From assembly GCA_963842525.1 (NCBI GenBank), contig CAWJGT010000019.1, forward strand, positions 320,001-384,000: a DNA stretch of 64,000 nt, written 5' to 3'. A model generated the notes under the pieces. It saw only the letters and a program-made list of their open reading frames with translations. It was not told the origin of the DNA and made no database searches. This DNA is from an uncultured Holophagales bacterium (GTDB taxonomy: Bacteria > Acidobacteriota > Thermoanaerobaculia > Multivoradales > UBA5704). Shown piece after piece: positions 1 through 9,553 of this stretch. Position numbers and translations under genes: made by a program. How positions within the stretch are numbered: the first letter of the stretch is position 1; every line of letters starts with the position of its first letter.

Positions 1-27
1 GAAGAGAGGAGGGTCGGAACACGGGAT

Positions 28-732
28 TTGGGCAGGTTGGCGAAAGCGGCCTCGGCGGCGCAACTCATCAGGGCCCTGCCCAAGATCCTGGAACGGTTCA
101 AGGCGCGGCGCCAGGAGCTGTTGGCCCGCGGTGGAGGCGACTCCTATCCGCAGGCCGGGGTCGCCGAGCTGCTCGACTCCACCGAGGCCTCTCTCCAGAA
201 GGAGCTCAAGAAGAAAGACTTCGCTCCCTTGCGCGATTACGCCGCGGAGGTCTTCGACGAAGCGCGCAGCGGTCTCGGGTTCCCAACCAAAACAGCTCTC
301 CGCTCCCTGCCCGTACCGCGGGCGACGGTCGCTTCGCTCCACCTCAACCTGGCTCCGGAGGCCACGAGCTCCACGATGGAACGCGGCCTGGTCGACCTCT
401 TTGTCGGCCCGATCGAAAGATTCCTGGATGATCTCGTGAGGCGGGCTCAGGGAGACGATCTCACCGTCGCTCTCTGTGTTGTGAGCGAGCCACCGAAAGC
501 GACGGTCTCGCTACGCTCGCCGGGCGGCCGGAAGATCGATCCCACGAAAACAAACGGCAGGTTCATGAGCCTCGTGCGTGGCAACTACTTCTATGCAGTG
601 AGCAAACGGGGCTTTCGGAAGATCGAGGAACGGATCAGCATCTATGACAAGAAAAACCCGGTCCTGAGATGCGATCTGAACGATGGCGAGGTCTGTGGAG
701 TCGAGGATGGCTGGCCCAAGGACTGCCGTTAG
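28..732 (+). CDS. Hypothetical protein, possibly 5'-truncated by the window edge; C-terminal PEGA-like beta domain
   Basis: 234-aa ORF. C-terminal VVSEPPKATVSL...GNYFYAVSKRGF resembles PEGA/prealbumin-like folds. Its stop overlaps the start region of the next gene. Confidence 0.5.
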   Translation: MGRLAKAASAAQLIRALPKILERFKARRQELLARGGGDSYPQAGVAELLDSTEASLQKELKKKDFAPLRDYAAEVFDEARSGLGFPTKTALRSLPVPRATVASLHLNLAPEATSSTMERGLVDLFVGPIERFLDDLVRRAQGDDLTVALCVVSEPPKATVSLRSPGGRKIDPTKTNGRFMSLVRGNYFYAVSKRGFRKIEERISIYDKKNPVLRCDLNDGEVCGVEDGWPKDCR

Positions 733-1718
733 CGGCTCCGGCCGCACGGCCTCCCCTCTCCGCCGCCTCGCGCTGACCTTCGTGGTCGGATTCCTCCTGG
801 GGCTCGCTCCCTTCTTCGTCTGGATCCTGGACCCTCTGACGGATCTTATTCCTCAGAGCCTGCGCAGAGGCCTGATGACAACGACCGCTTTGCTCGGCGG
901 GTTGATTGCACTGACCGCCCGCAGCGGTGAGCCGTTCGGCCGCTCTGGCCGCAAGGTGCTGAAGGTATGGGCGGTCGCGGCCTTGGCCGGCCTGATCCTG
1001 CTGACCTACTTTCAAACTCTGTTCATCGTCCCGGTCCGGCTGTGGAGCGGCCAGGCTTCGGAGGTGGTCGTCGCAGGGAAGAGGCTGACGGGCTGCCCGT
1101 GCGGCAAGGATGTTTCAAATCAAAAGTGTCTGTCCGAGCTCAACCTGGATCCACTCGACATGGATCAATGCTGGGAGAAGCTCCCGGCGCCAGTGGAACC
1201 GGTTTGCCTGGACCTTCGGCTACCTGCTGTTGGTCGGAGGAGGCCAGTCCTTCCTGGGGCTGCTCTGGGGCGGCAGCTTCAGGCGATCGCGGACTGTATC
1301 TCAGCCTACTGCCGGCGCGGCGCGCACTCTTTTCCTCAGCTACTCACGGGTCGACCGGGATTTCGCCGAGCGCCTCGCGGGCGACCTGGAGAAGAGCGGC
1401 ATCACGGTCTGGTGGGACTCCTGGGAGATGGAGGTCGGAGACTCGCTTCCCCGGAAGATCGAGGAGGCGGTTTCCCGCAGCGCCTGGTTCGGGATCATCC
1501 TTTCGCCCGACGCGGTCGCCTCTCCCTGGGTGCGGGCCGAGCTCGATCTCGCGCTCACGATGGAGATCGAAGGCGGGCTCACCATCCTGCCGATCCTGCA
1601 CAGGCCCTGCGAGCTTCCGCTCTCGCTCCGCGGCAAGGTCTGGGCGGACTTCACCGCCTCCTATCAGGAGAGTCTGAAGTCTCTCCTGCGCCGCCTCGCT
1701 TCAGAGCTGCGACCGTAG
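707..1718 (+). CDS. Multi-pass membrane protein with C-terminal TIR domain (one frameshift near 1170-1185)
   Basis: Hydrophobic helices in the 683 frame continue in the 1110 frame into LFLSYSRVDRDFAERLAGDLE...VWWD...VGDSL...IILSP.AV.SPWVRAEL, a typical bacterial TIR with the conserved Glu. Confidence 0.8.
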
Positions 1719-1755
1719 CAGCGCGGCGGCGATCCCGTCGTGTATTGTGGAACCG

Positions 1756-1995
1756 TCAGGCCGCCAGGGCTTCGCCGGAGACCTCACCGGGAGTTGGGGG
1801 GACCGCCGCCATCTGGCGCAGGCGGCGGGGCGTCTCGTCCTTGATGTGGACCGCGGACGGGCGGTCCTCTATCTGCCCCTCACCCCGGCTGTCCAGCGCC
1901 ACGGCGATTCCGGCGACCACCAACGCGAGGAGCGCCAATCCGACGATCCACGGCAGCATGCCGCGGCGCTTGCGTTCGATCCTGATCTCTGTCAC
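1756..1995 (-). CDS. Small single-TM membrane protein
   Basis: GTG start behind an AAGGAG RBS. Sequence (M)TEIRIERKRRGMLPWIVGLALLALVVAG is a basic stretch followed by a TM helix. Confidence 0.6.
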   Translation of the reverse strand: MTEIRIERKRRGMLPWIVGLALLALVVAGIAVALDSRGEGQIEDRPSAVHIKDETPRRLRQMAAVPPTPGEVSGEALAA

Positions 1996-2179
1996 GTGCG
2001 TCTCCTTTCTCCCGGTGCGATCCCTGGCAGCGTCGAGCTCGCTCTCACACGCGAGGGGGCTTTGCAAGGTCCGGGCCTGACCGGGAGAGGGGGGATCACC
2101 CGATTAGATATGCCAGCGGTGTTCAGGCGGTCTCATTGGTTCCACCACAGAGGGGAAAGGGTTTCAGGGATCGCCAGTT

Positions 2180-2230
2180 GTGACCACCTTCGGCCAGTAA
2201 GCGTGGAGTTGTGTGACCCGGGCGTGACCC
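2180..2230 (+). repeat. Candidate integrase arm-type binding repeats (left end)
   Basis: GTGACCA 2180, GTGACCC 2213, GTGACCC 2224, directly upstream of the integrase ATG. Confidence 0.55.
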
Positions 2231-2251
2231 AGTTATGCTATACTTACGCCC

Positions 2252-3565
2252 ATGAGCTACAACATCAAATTTGAGGATCGCACCCTGCGCGGTCTCCGCG
2301 TTCCCGATGGCAAGGACAGGCAGGAATGGAGTGATACTGTGGTCCCGGGACTTCGCTTCCGCAAGAGCGATAAGGGTCATGGCGCCTTCTCCGTCGTCTA
2401 CAGGGTCAAAGGGCAGGAGAGGCAGGACCGCCGGACGATCGGGCCCGTCTCCCGGGTCTCGGTCGCTCAGGCTCGGGAGGAGGCCCGGCAGGACCTCATC
2501 GCCGCCAGCTCAGGGCAGGGTCCGAAGAAACTCCGGACGGCGCCGCCTGTGGGACCCGAGGTGCCCGAGGCACCCGAGATGACGTTCGCCGAGCTCTTCG
2601 AGCTCTATATGGAACGCCACGCCCGTGAGAATCTCGTGACCTGGCCCGAGATCCAGCGCAAGATCCGCAAGGATGCGCTTCCCATCATCGGCCACATGCC
2701 GGCCGGGGAGGTGCGCAAGAGCCATCTCCAGCTGGTCATCGACCGGCTGATGACCGGAGGGCACGCCGTGACCGCTCGCGACCTGCTGATCGCGATTTCG
2801 GGAATCTATACCTGGGCCGAGGGGCGAGAGCTCGTCGAGTACAACCCTGTCCTGCGCTTCCCCTATCCGAAGCCGGCGCAGCCTCCGCAGCGCAGGAGCT
2901 TGGCCGACGACCAGCTCCGGACGTTGTGGTTCGCGCTCCTGGAGATCACCGACCATCCGGCGGCCGGCCAACGGGCGTCCCGGCGCAACGGGCGGTTCAC
3001 CTCAAGCAGGGATTTGTTGACCTTGGTGGTGCTGACGCGGCTCTCGTTGGGCCAACGCACCACCGAAACGGTCGGTATGCGCCGCCAGGACCTGGAGGCT
3101 CAGTGGTGGAATCTGCCGGGCTACATCGGGCGGCGGCGGTACACAAAGACGGGACGGGATCACCGGGTGCCGCTGGTTCCGCTGTGGAGCGAGTATGTGC
3201 TGCCGCGCGTCGAAAGGCTGACTGCCGGGCGGCCGTATGTCTTCGCCAGCGATCGGCGGGAGGACCGGCCGCTCAGTGCGTTGTCCATCGGGACCTTCTG
3301 TGCGCGGGTCGCCTCCAAGATGGGGTTTCCCTTCGTGGCGCGCAATCTGCGGACGACGTTCCTCACCTCTATGGCTCGGCTTGGGGTGCCACAGGAGGTC
3401 CGGCGGCGTCTGGTCAACCACAGCGATGGGACCATCGAGACGATCCACTGCAACCTTTATGACTACGACGCCGAGAAGTGGGCGGCCGGACTGCGTTGGG
3501 ACGCCCATCTGCGCAGCATCTTCTACGGCGAGACGGCTCGGGTGGAGCCTGCTCAAACCGCCTAG
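2252..3565 (+). CDS. P4-like tyrosine recombinase/integrase with N-terminal arm-binding domain; catalytic motifs degenerate
   Basis: N-terminal EWSDTVVPGLRFR...RRTIG...VSVAQARE arm domain. Catalytic R (GQRTTE), K (TKTG) and VNH present, but HxxR reads RNLR and the expected YN reads CN. Confidence 0.9.
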   Translation: MSYNIKFEDRTLRGLRVPDGKDRQEWSDTVVPGLRFRKSDKGHGAFSVVYRVKGQERQDRRTIGPVSRVSVAQAREEARQDLIAASSGQGPKKLRTAPPVGPEVPEAPEMTFAELFELYMERHARENLVTWPEIQRKIRKDALPIIGHMPAGEVRKSHLQLVIDRLMTGGHAVTARDLLIAISGIYTWAEGRELVEYNPVLRFPYPKPAQPPQRRSLADDQLRTLWFALLEITDHPAAGQRASRRNGRFTSSRDLLTLVVLTRLSLGQRTTETVGMRRQDLEAQWWNLPGYIGRRRYTKTGRDHRVPLVPLWSEYVLPRVERLTAGRPYVFASDRREDRPLSALSIGTFCARVASKMGFPFVARNLRTTFLTSMARLGVPQEVRRRLVNHSDGTIETIHCNLYDYDAEKWAAGLRWDAHLRSIFYGETARVEPAQTA

Positions 3566-3906
3566 GCAGCCCAATCACGCCGGCCCTCTTAAGGGCTGCT
3601 GCGGTCTGCTGACGTTTTTCATTGGTTTTCTCTAGATCCAGAGGGTTATGACGCCTTCGTAAGGCGAGGCGCCCTGAGAAAGCTCAGCGGAGCCCCGAGG
3701 GATTCCGGTGCTTCGGGCGGTGCTTGCGCCTCTGCGGGTCGCATGGCCGCCTGGACAACGTGCAGGGGCGGCACTAGCTGCTCCGGACGCAAGGGGTGTA
3801 CGGCGGGAGCCGTCCCCTTCTCCCCTCTTACCCCGCCGGGCTGGGTGGGGGAAGGTTGAACGGGCCGCCGGAGAGCAGGTTGCTCTCCGGGGCGCAGTTG
3901 AGCCTT

Positions 3907-4320
3907 TCATTTCCGCCTCGTCCTTTCTCTGTAGGTCTGGTCGAAGGGCACCGGGATGGTGCCGCGGGTCAGGGTCGAGCCAATGTCCCAGTGCCGTTTG
4001 CAGAAAGCGAGGAGGGGTTCGTCGAGGGTGATGATGGTGGCGCGGTCGTCTTCCTGGCGAGCGATGATGACGTTGTAGAGGCAGGCGATCCCCCGGTCTC
4101 CTAGGACGTGGGTGAGGTCGTCGATCACGAGGAGATCGGCGATGCAGTCCTGGTGGGCCCGGGTCTTGGTCTCTTCTCCGAGGAAGCCGAAGAGGGCATC
4201 GACGAGTTGGGAGGCTCGCCACTCGGCGGCCGTCTGGACGTGCGGGAGCCTCTGCCAGAGGAGCTCGGCGGCGAGCATGCTCTTTCCTGCGTTTCCTACA
4301 CCGTGCAGGACGGCGTCCCA
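3907..4320 (-). pseudogene. DnaC/IstB-like ATPase (helicase loader) remnant
   Basis: Reading in frame upstream of the 4278 ATG gives Walker A LHGVGNAGKSMLA; Walker B LLVIDDL; C-terminal LYNVIIARQEDDRATIIT. Confidence 0.7.
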
Positions 4321-4499
4321 GGCGCCCGGCCTCCGGTCCAGGGAGGCTAGGTCGTGACCGAGGACGTGAGGCAGGCGTTGGAGGTCGGTGCCTCCGGCGA
4401 GCCCCCGGGGGTGGGCGGGCTGGAGGGCTTCGGCCAGAGGGGCGAGGAGATCCTCTCCCGCGATCGGTACGGCGGCCCAGGGGGCTGCAGGAGGTGGCG

Positions 4500-5045
4500 G
4501 CTGAGATGGTAGGGCGGGTGGCGGGGGGTAGCATCCCGAGATCGCTACGCGGGCCGAAGGCAGCGCCCTGCGGTGCCGGAATGTTTTCGAGGAAGGCCTT
4601 GAGCAGGGCTTCGGGGTCTTGCTTTTTGTCTCTCTGGCCGGCCCGGATCTCTCGTTTCCGCCTCTCGGCGTCTGCCTTGCAGTGAGCGAGGTATCTCTCC
4701 CAGATGACGATCTTGAGGGGAGAATCGGGCAGGGAGCGCCAATGCCTGGACCAGCCGGCGATCTGGCTCGGGTTGTTGGGATGGTTGTAGCGGATGCCGT
4801 TGGTCAGGAAGATCAGGCCAGCTTTCCAATCGACTTGGACCAAGCCTTCGGGGAGCAGCTCAGCAGAGCGGTCGAGGAGTGCTTCCGGAGGCCATTCCAA
4901 GGACTCGGCCAGCGCCGCGGCGCCGATACGGATGACCCCGGCAGCGGACCAAGCTCCGGGCAGATGAGGAGGTGCTTGAAAAGTCCCCGGCCGGAGGGAG
5001 GCTCTGGAGAGAGGGCAAGGACTTTCGCGTCTCCGTGGATTTGGC
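4500..5045 (-). pseudogene. Phage replication initiator (replisome-organiser-like) N-terminal remnant, frameshifted
   Basis: Joining two frames gives IHGDAKVLALS..PPSGRGLFKHLLICP...PG/VIRIGAAALAESLEW...GLVQVDWKAGLIFLTNGIRYNHPNNP. Adjacent to the DnaC-like gene. Boundaries approximate. Confidence 0.6.
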
Positions 5046-5285
5046 TGCAGGAGGGGTTCGGAGAACGGTTTCCGGACGGTGGCGGACACCGTCCGCGCGC
5101 GCGTGCGCGCATCTATCTACTCATTCTCAACCTGGATACTGAACAGGCAGTCTCAGAAAGATAAGCCTTTTCGCGCGCGAGGCGCCAGCCCGCGAGGGGA
5201 GGGAGAAGGGACGGACGAGCACGGACCTCAAGGAGGGCAAGACCACCCCAAAGACCAGCAGGAGCGGACGGCCGGAGTCTTGTAT

Positions 5286-6668
5286 TCAGGCAGAGAGGAA
5301 CCGGCCCTCCTTGTACATCTCCCGCTGCACACCCTGGAACAGGTCGGCGGCGCGAATCTCCTGCGGATCGCGGACCACGGCCTTCAGGCAGGCATAGCGC
5401 AGCACGTTGACGATGCTGCCGCCCGCCAGCTCGTGGTCGCGGGCCAGCTTGCCCAGGTCCACGCCGGCAGCGAGACGGTAGGGCTTGTCCTTGAAGTTGT
5501 CCTCCCACAGGCGCAGCCGTTGCTCGGCGTCAGGTATTGGAAAATGGACCATGGCCTGGAAGCGCCGGGCGAAGGCCTCGTCGAGGTGCGAGCGGAGGTT
5601 GGTCGCCAGGATGACCAGGCCCGGGAAATCCTCGATGCGTTGCAAGAGATACGACACCTGCTGATTGGCGGCGCGGTCGTTCGCATCCCGCGACTCCGTG
5701 CGCCGGCCGAAGAGCGAGTCGGCCTCGTCGAAAAAGAGGATCCAGTCCTGGTGCCGGGCGTGATCGAACAGGCTCGCCAGGTTCTTCTCCGTCTCGCCGA
5801 TCCATTTCGAGACGACTTTCGACAGGTCGACACGGTAGACGGGGCGGCCCGTGGCCTTGCCCAACAGGGAGGCGGTGAGCGTCTTGCCGGTGCCGGGCGG
5901 GCCATAAAAAAGGGCACGGAAGCCCGGCTTCAACCGTTTGGCGAGCTGCCACCCGTTCATCAGCGTCTCTTCGTGCCGCACCCAGGCAAGGATGTCCTCG
6001 ACCTCGTCGCGCGACGGCGGATTGAGCACCAGGTCGTCCCATTCGTACGGTGTGGTGATGCGCTGCGCCGGGAACTCCGGGCTCAAGGGCGGCTGGTAGG
6101 AGCGCCCGGTGGTGAGCCGCTCGACATATTCGGCGGTGAGCTGCAGCCCCGCGGAATGCCACGGCTCGTCCTGGTGCCGGTGATCGAGCCGCAGGACGTT
6201 GTGTACATAGAGAGCGTGCTCGTGGCTGAACAGCTCGTAATAGCGCAGCCGTGCCGCGACGTCCTCGCCGGCGAGCAGGAACAGGGCGGTCTCCGCCGAG
6301 GGGAGGAAGCCGCCATGCGAGACTCCGGTCAGACCGCCGAACTCCGTGAAGCGGCGGTCGAGCGCCCGGTTCTGGATGAAGAACACGTCGAGCACGTCCG
6401 GCCGGATGTGCGGGATGAAGCTCAGGACGAGCACCAGCCGCCCGGCCGCTCCCAGGCCGAACCGGTGCACCACGTCCGCATAGGGGGAACCGGCCGCCGG
6501 CAGCGGCGGCGGCGCGAAGGCTTCCAGAGGATCGCCGGTCACCTCCTCCTGCCCGGCGTGCAGCTTCATCCGCAGCTCCAGGACCGCCCGGAACCAGGCA
6601 ATCTCGCGCTCGATGACATCGGCATTCGTGGCGTTCGCGGTCAGACCGGCAAGGTCGTCTGTGCTCAT
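5286..6668 (-). CDS. eCIS AAA+ ATPase (Afp15/Pvc15-like)
   Basis: GPPGTGKT Walker A, VDLSKVVSKWIGETEKNL, FFDEAD Walker B, ATN sensor, AFARRF. Last gene of the CIS operon. Confidence 0.95.
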   Translation of the reverse strand: MSTDDLAGLTANATNADVIEREIAWFRAVLELRMKLHAGQEEVTGDPLEAFAPPPLPAAGSPYADVVHRFGLGAAGRLVLVLSFIPHIRPDVLDVFFIQNRALDRRFTEFGGLTGVSHGGFLPSAETALFLLAGEDVAARLRYYELFSHEHALYVHNVLRLDHRHQDEPWHSAGLQLTAEYVERLTTGRSYQPPLSPEFPAQRITTPYEWDDLVLNPPSRDEVEDILAWVRHEETLMNGWQLAKRLKPGFRALFYGPPGTGKTLTASLLGKATGRPVYRVDLSKVVSKWIGETEKNLASLFDHARHQDWILFFDEADSLFGRRTESRDANDRAANQQVSYLLQRIEDFPGLVILATNLRSHLDEAFARRFQAMVHFPIPDAEQRLRLWEDNFKDKPYRLAAGVDLGKLARDHELAGGSIVNVLRYACLKAVVRDPQEIRAADLFQGVQREMYKEGRFLSA

Positions 6669-6672
6669 GGGC

Positions 6673-9025
6673 TCACCATGCTACCTGAAGAGGTTGCGGC
6701 ATCCAGCGGTGGAAGATCATGGACAGACTCCAGGGGACTTCGTCGACCAGCACGTCGACCGTCTTGCGCTGCACCCGCAGCTTCCAGCCCTCGGACGTCC
6801 TCTCCAGCCGTCCCTCGCGCTGCAGGAAGGTCTCCTGCAGGCCGGCGACCGAGGTGTTCTGCACGATCGTCCAGTTGGCAAGCAGGGAGCGCAGCAACGT
6901 ATCGCAGACCTCCCGTTCCCACTCGGTCGGCGCGATCTCGAGCGCGACGGGCGACTCCAATGGCAGGCCGCAGAGGATCTTGTTCAGGGCGAGGGCCGGC
7001 TCCGGGCTTGCTGTACAGCCATGGATCAGATATTGCAACAGATGGACGGCGCGCGAGGCCGTCTCAACATCGCGCAGTCGGACCTTGCCTGCCGCGTCCT
7101 CGCCCAGCAGGTCCAGCATCTTGAAGAGGTGCGGCAGGAAGGCCCCGGCCAGCACGAGGCCGGCGTTGTCGACATAGAGCGGCTCCGCCTCGTCCCCGGC
7201 CTTCGCCTGCCGTACCGGAGGCCGGTTCTCTCGCCGCTTGCGGGCCGGCGGCTTCCAGAGCGCCAGGAGGCGCGGCCGGCCGTGCCGCAGAGCGGCTGCG
7301 GGCGCGCATGACCGCCCGCGGCCGCCCGCCGGCCGGCGCTCTCGAACAGCCTCGCGCCGGCTGTGGCACGCGCGGACGCATCCCCCCGGTAGCGCCGGGC
7401 CACGTGCTCGAAGAACTCCACGGTGAGCCGCTCCACCGAGACCTGCCCTCCCTGGACGGCGGGCCAGGACCTCCAGCAGGAAGCTCCAGAACGCCCGCCG
7501 GCCGGTGAGCGCCGGATGGCCGGGCGGAGCTGTCTCTCCCCAGGCCGCGGACAGCACCTCGGCGGCTTCGAGCAGCGCGCGGTGCCGCCGCGGCGCCAGC
7601 TTTTCGACCACCCGCTCCAGGGCGGGCTCGGGCAGGAGCTTCATCCACCGCTGCCGCAGCCGCCGGTCCGCCGCATGGCGGGCGAGGAAGTCCGCGGCGC
7701 CCACCGTCTCGTCCGGCCTCCCCGGGCACCCGCGGTCCGCACCGCCGCGAGGAACGTCTCGTCGCCGGCCGGCCCGCCCACGGCTTCGCGCAGCAGGAAG
7801 CGCTCGACCACCGCGGGCAGAGGGGACGGGAACAGCTCCTTGAGCAGCCGGTGATAGGAATCCTCCATCAGCCTGGCTCCCTCGTGAACGAGCAGGGCCT
7901 CGCCGAGGAGCGCACGGCGGACGCGCTCCTCGGGCCGCGGCCGGTAGGGCGCCGGAATCCGGGCGAAGAGGTGCAGCAGCGCCTTGAGCGTCCTGGCTTC
8001 CGTCGGGCACAGGCGGTCGAGCGCGCTTTCGAAAAGCGCCTGCGGGATCGACCCCACCAGCTCCGAGCGCCGTTCCGGCTCGCTGTGGAAGGCGGAGATG
8101 AGCTGCTCCGCGTCCGCCGGGGCCTTACACCCGCCCCAGGCCCAGCTCGCGCACCAGGTCGCCCACCACGGCCGGCAGAGAAGAGCGAACGGAGCGTCGG
8201 GCTGCCGTCCGATCCAGGCCCTGGCGCAGCGCCGCGAGCACGTCCGCATAGTCCAGACCCTCGCGAGCGGCGATGCCCCGCAGCACCGAGCGCACGAAGC
8301 TCCGGCGGTTGAATTGCGAGCCCGGATCGCGCACCAGATAGGCCTGCGCCAGCAGCCAGAGGACGCGCGACAACGCTCGCTCGGAGAGCGGCACCACCGG
8401 CTCGCCGCGGTGGGCCTCGCGGATGTGGCCGATGTAGGCGATGATGAGCGCCGCGTGCTCCGGCGCGAGGAGGCGGACCAGCTCACGGAGCCCCCGCTCC
8501 CGGAGCTGGAGCACGATACGCTCCAGCACCCGCGTCTCGCGGCCCAGCCGGAGCATCACCTCGACGATCCCTTCCGGATCGCTCGCCGCCATCTCCAGCA
8601 CCAGCTCCTCCAGCGAGAAAGCCGAGCGCTCCGGCACCCAGAAGGGGAGTGTGCCGCGAAGCAGAAAGTGCTCCAGCAGCTCGCGCTGCACCGCCTCCTC
8701 GGACCGCGAATGGCCCGCCTCCGTGGCCTCCTCGCCGATCTCCCCCAGCGCCGCCTTGAGAGACCGGCGCAGCTCCACCTCCAGCCGCTCGACGACCGCC
8801 TCTTCGAACCCGGTAAACGGCACGGTGCCGAGGTCGATTTTCAGCTTCGCGATCCGCGCCTGTCGTCCCGGCACGTCGATCTCGTCAAAAACCCTTTCGA
8901 TCACGGGCAGCGGCCCGTCGGCGGTTGAAGTCCGAGAGGCGCGGCTGGAGGGCCAGTGCTACGGCCTGCGAGGGGGTCTCAAGGTCGAGGGTCTGGTGGC
9001 GGAGAGTGTGGTGGAAGGGGTTCAT
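6673..9025 (-). CDS. eCIS tape-measure protein (Afp14-like), several frameshifts
   Basis: N-term MNPFHHTLRHQTLDLE..IAKLKIDLG..FLLRGTLPFW. C-term YVDNAGLVL..FLPHLF..LNKILCG..LQETFLQREGRL..VPWSLSMIFHRWMPQPLQVAW. Confidence 0.85.
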
Positions 9026-9031
9026 GAGCGC

Positions 9032-9541
9032 TCAATTCTTTCCTCGCAGTGCCCTCGTCCCCGTCACTTCCGCCTCCCGTTCCAGGCCCGCATCGTCGTT
9101 GATCGCTGTCTCTCGGACCTGCATCGTTGGCCGCACCCGGCCCTGCATCTGCTGCACGACGTGCCGGCCCTCATGCGGCAGGTGTCGCTGCTGTCCCGGC
9201 GCGACGTGGATGTCCTGCCCTGGGTGTAGGCATGGGCCTGAATTTGCGCGGGCTTGGGCGAGTTGTAATGAACCCGCACGTCGGAGAGGTCCATGCCGAG
9301 GGGTGCCCAGGCCGGTCTTGAGACCGTCGCTCAGGCCAGTCGAACTTTCGGCTCCGGTCGTGCTGTTCACCGCCTCCCGGAGCTGAAGGGCGTTCTGGAC
9401 GCCACGGCTTTGATTCGCCGCCTCTTCCCAAGCCGCGAGCTGGCTCACTTTGGGACTCTGCACCTCCGCGGCTTGCGGGGGGGTGCCTTTGAGTGCTTCG
9501 CTTGGCCAGCTGGCGCGCTTCTTCTTTTTCCGCATGCTCAC
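9032..9541 (-). CDS. Stand-alone DUF4157 (eCIS core) domain protein, two compensating frameshifts
   Basis: TGLSDGLKTG / MDLSDVRVHYNSPKPAQIQAHAYTQG / DIHVAPGQQRHLPHEGRHVVQQMQGRV..NDDAGLEREA; HExxH present. Confidence 0.85.
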   Translation of the reverse strand: MSMRKKKKRASWPSEALKGTPPQAAEVQSPKVSQLAAWEEAANQSRGVQNALQLREAVNSTTGAESSTGLSDGLKTGLGTPRHGPLRRAGSLQLAQARANSGPCLHPGQDIHVAPGQQRHLPHEGRHVVQQMQGRVRPTMQVRETAINDDAGLEREAEVTGTRALRGKN

Positions 9542-9553
9542 ATGCGTAGCACA

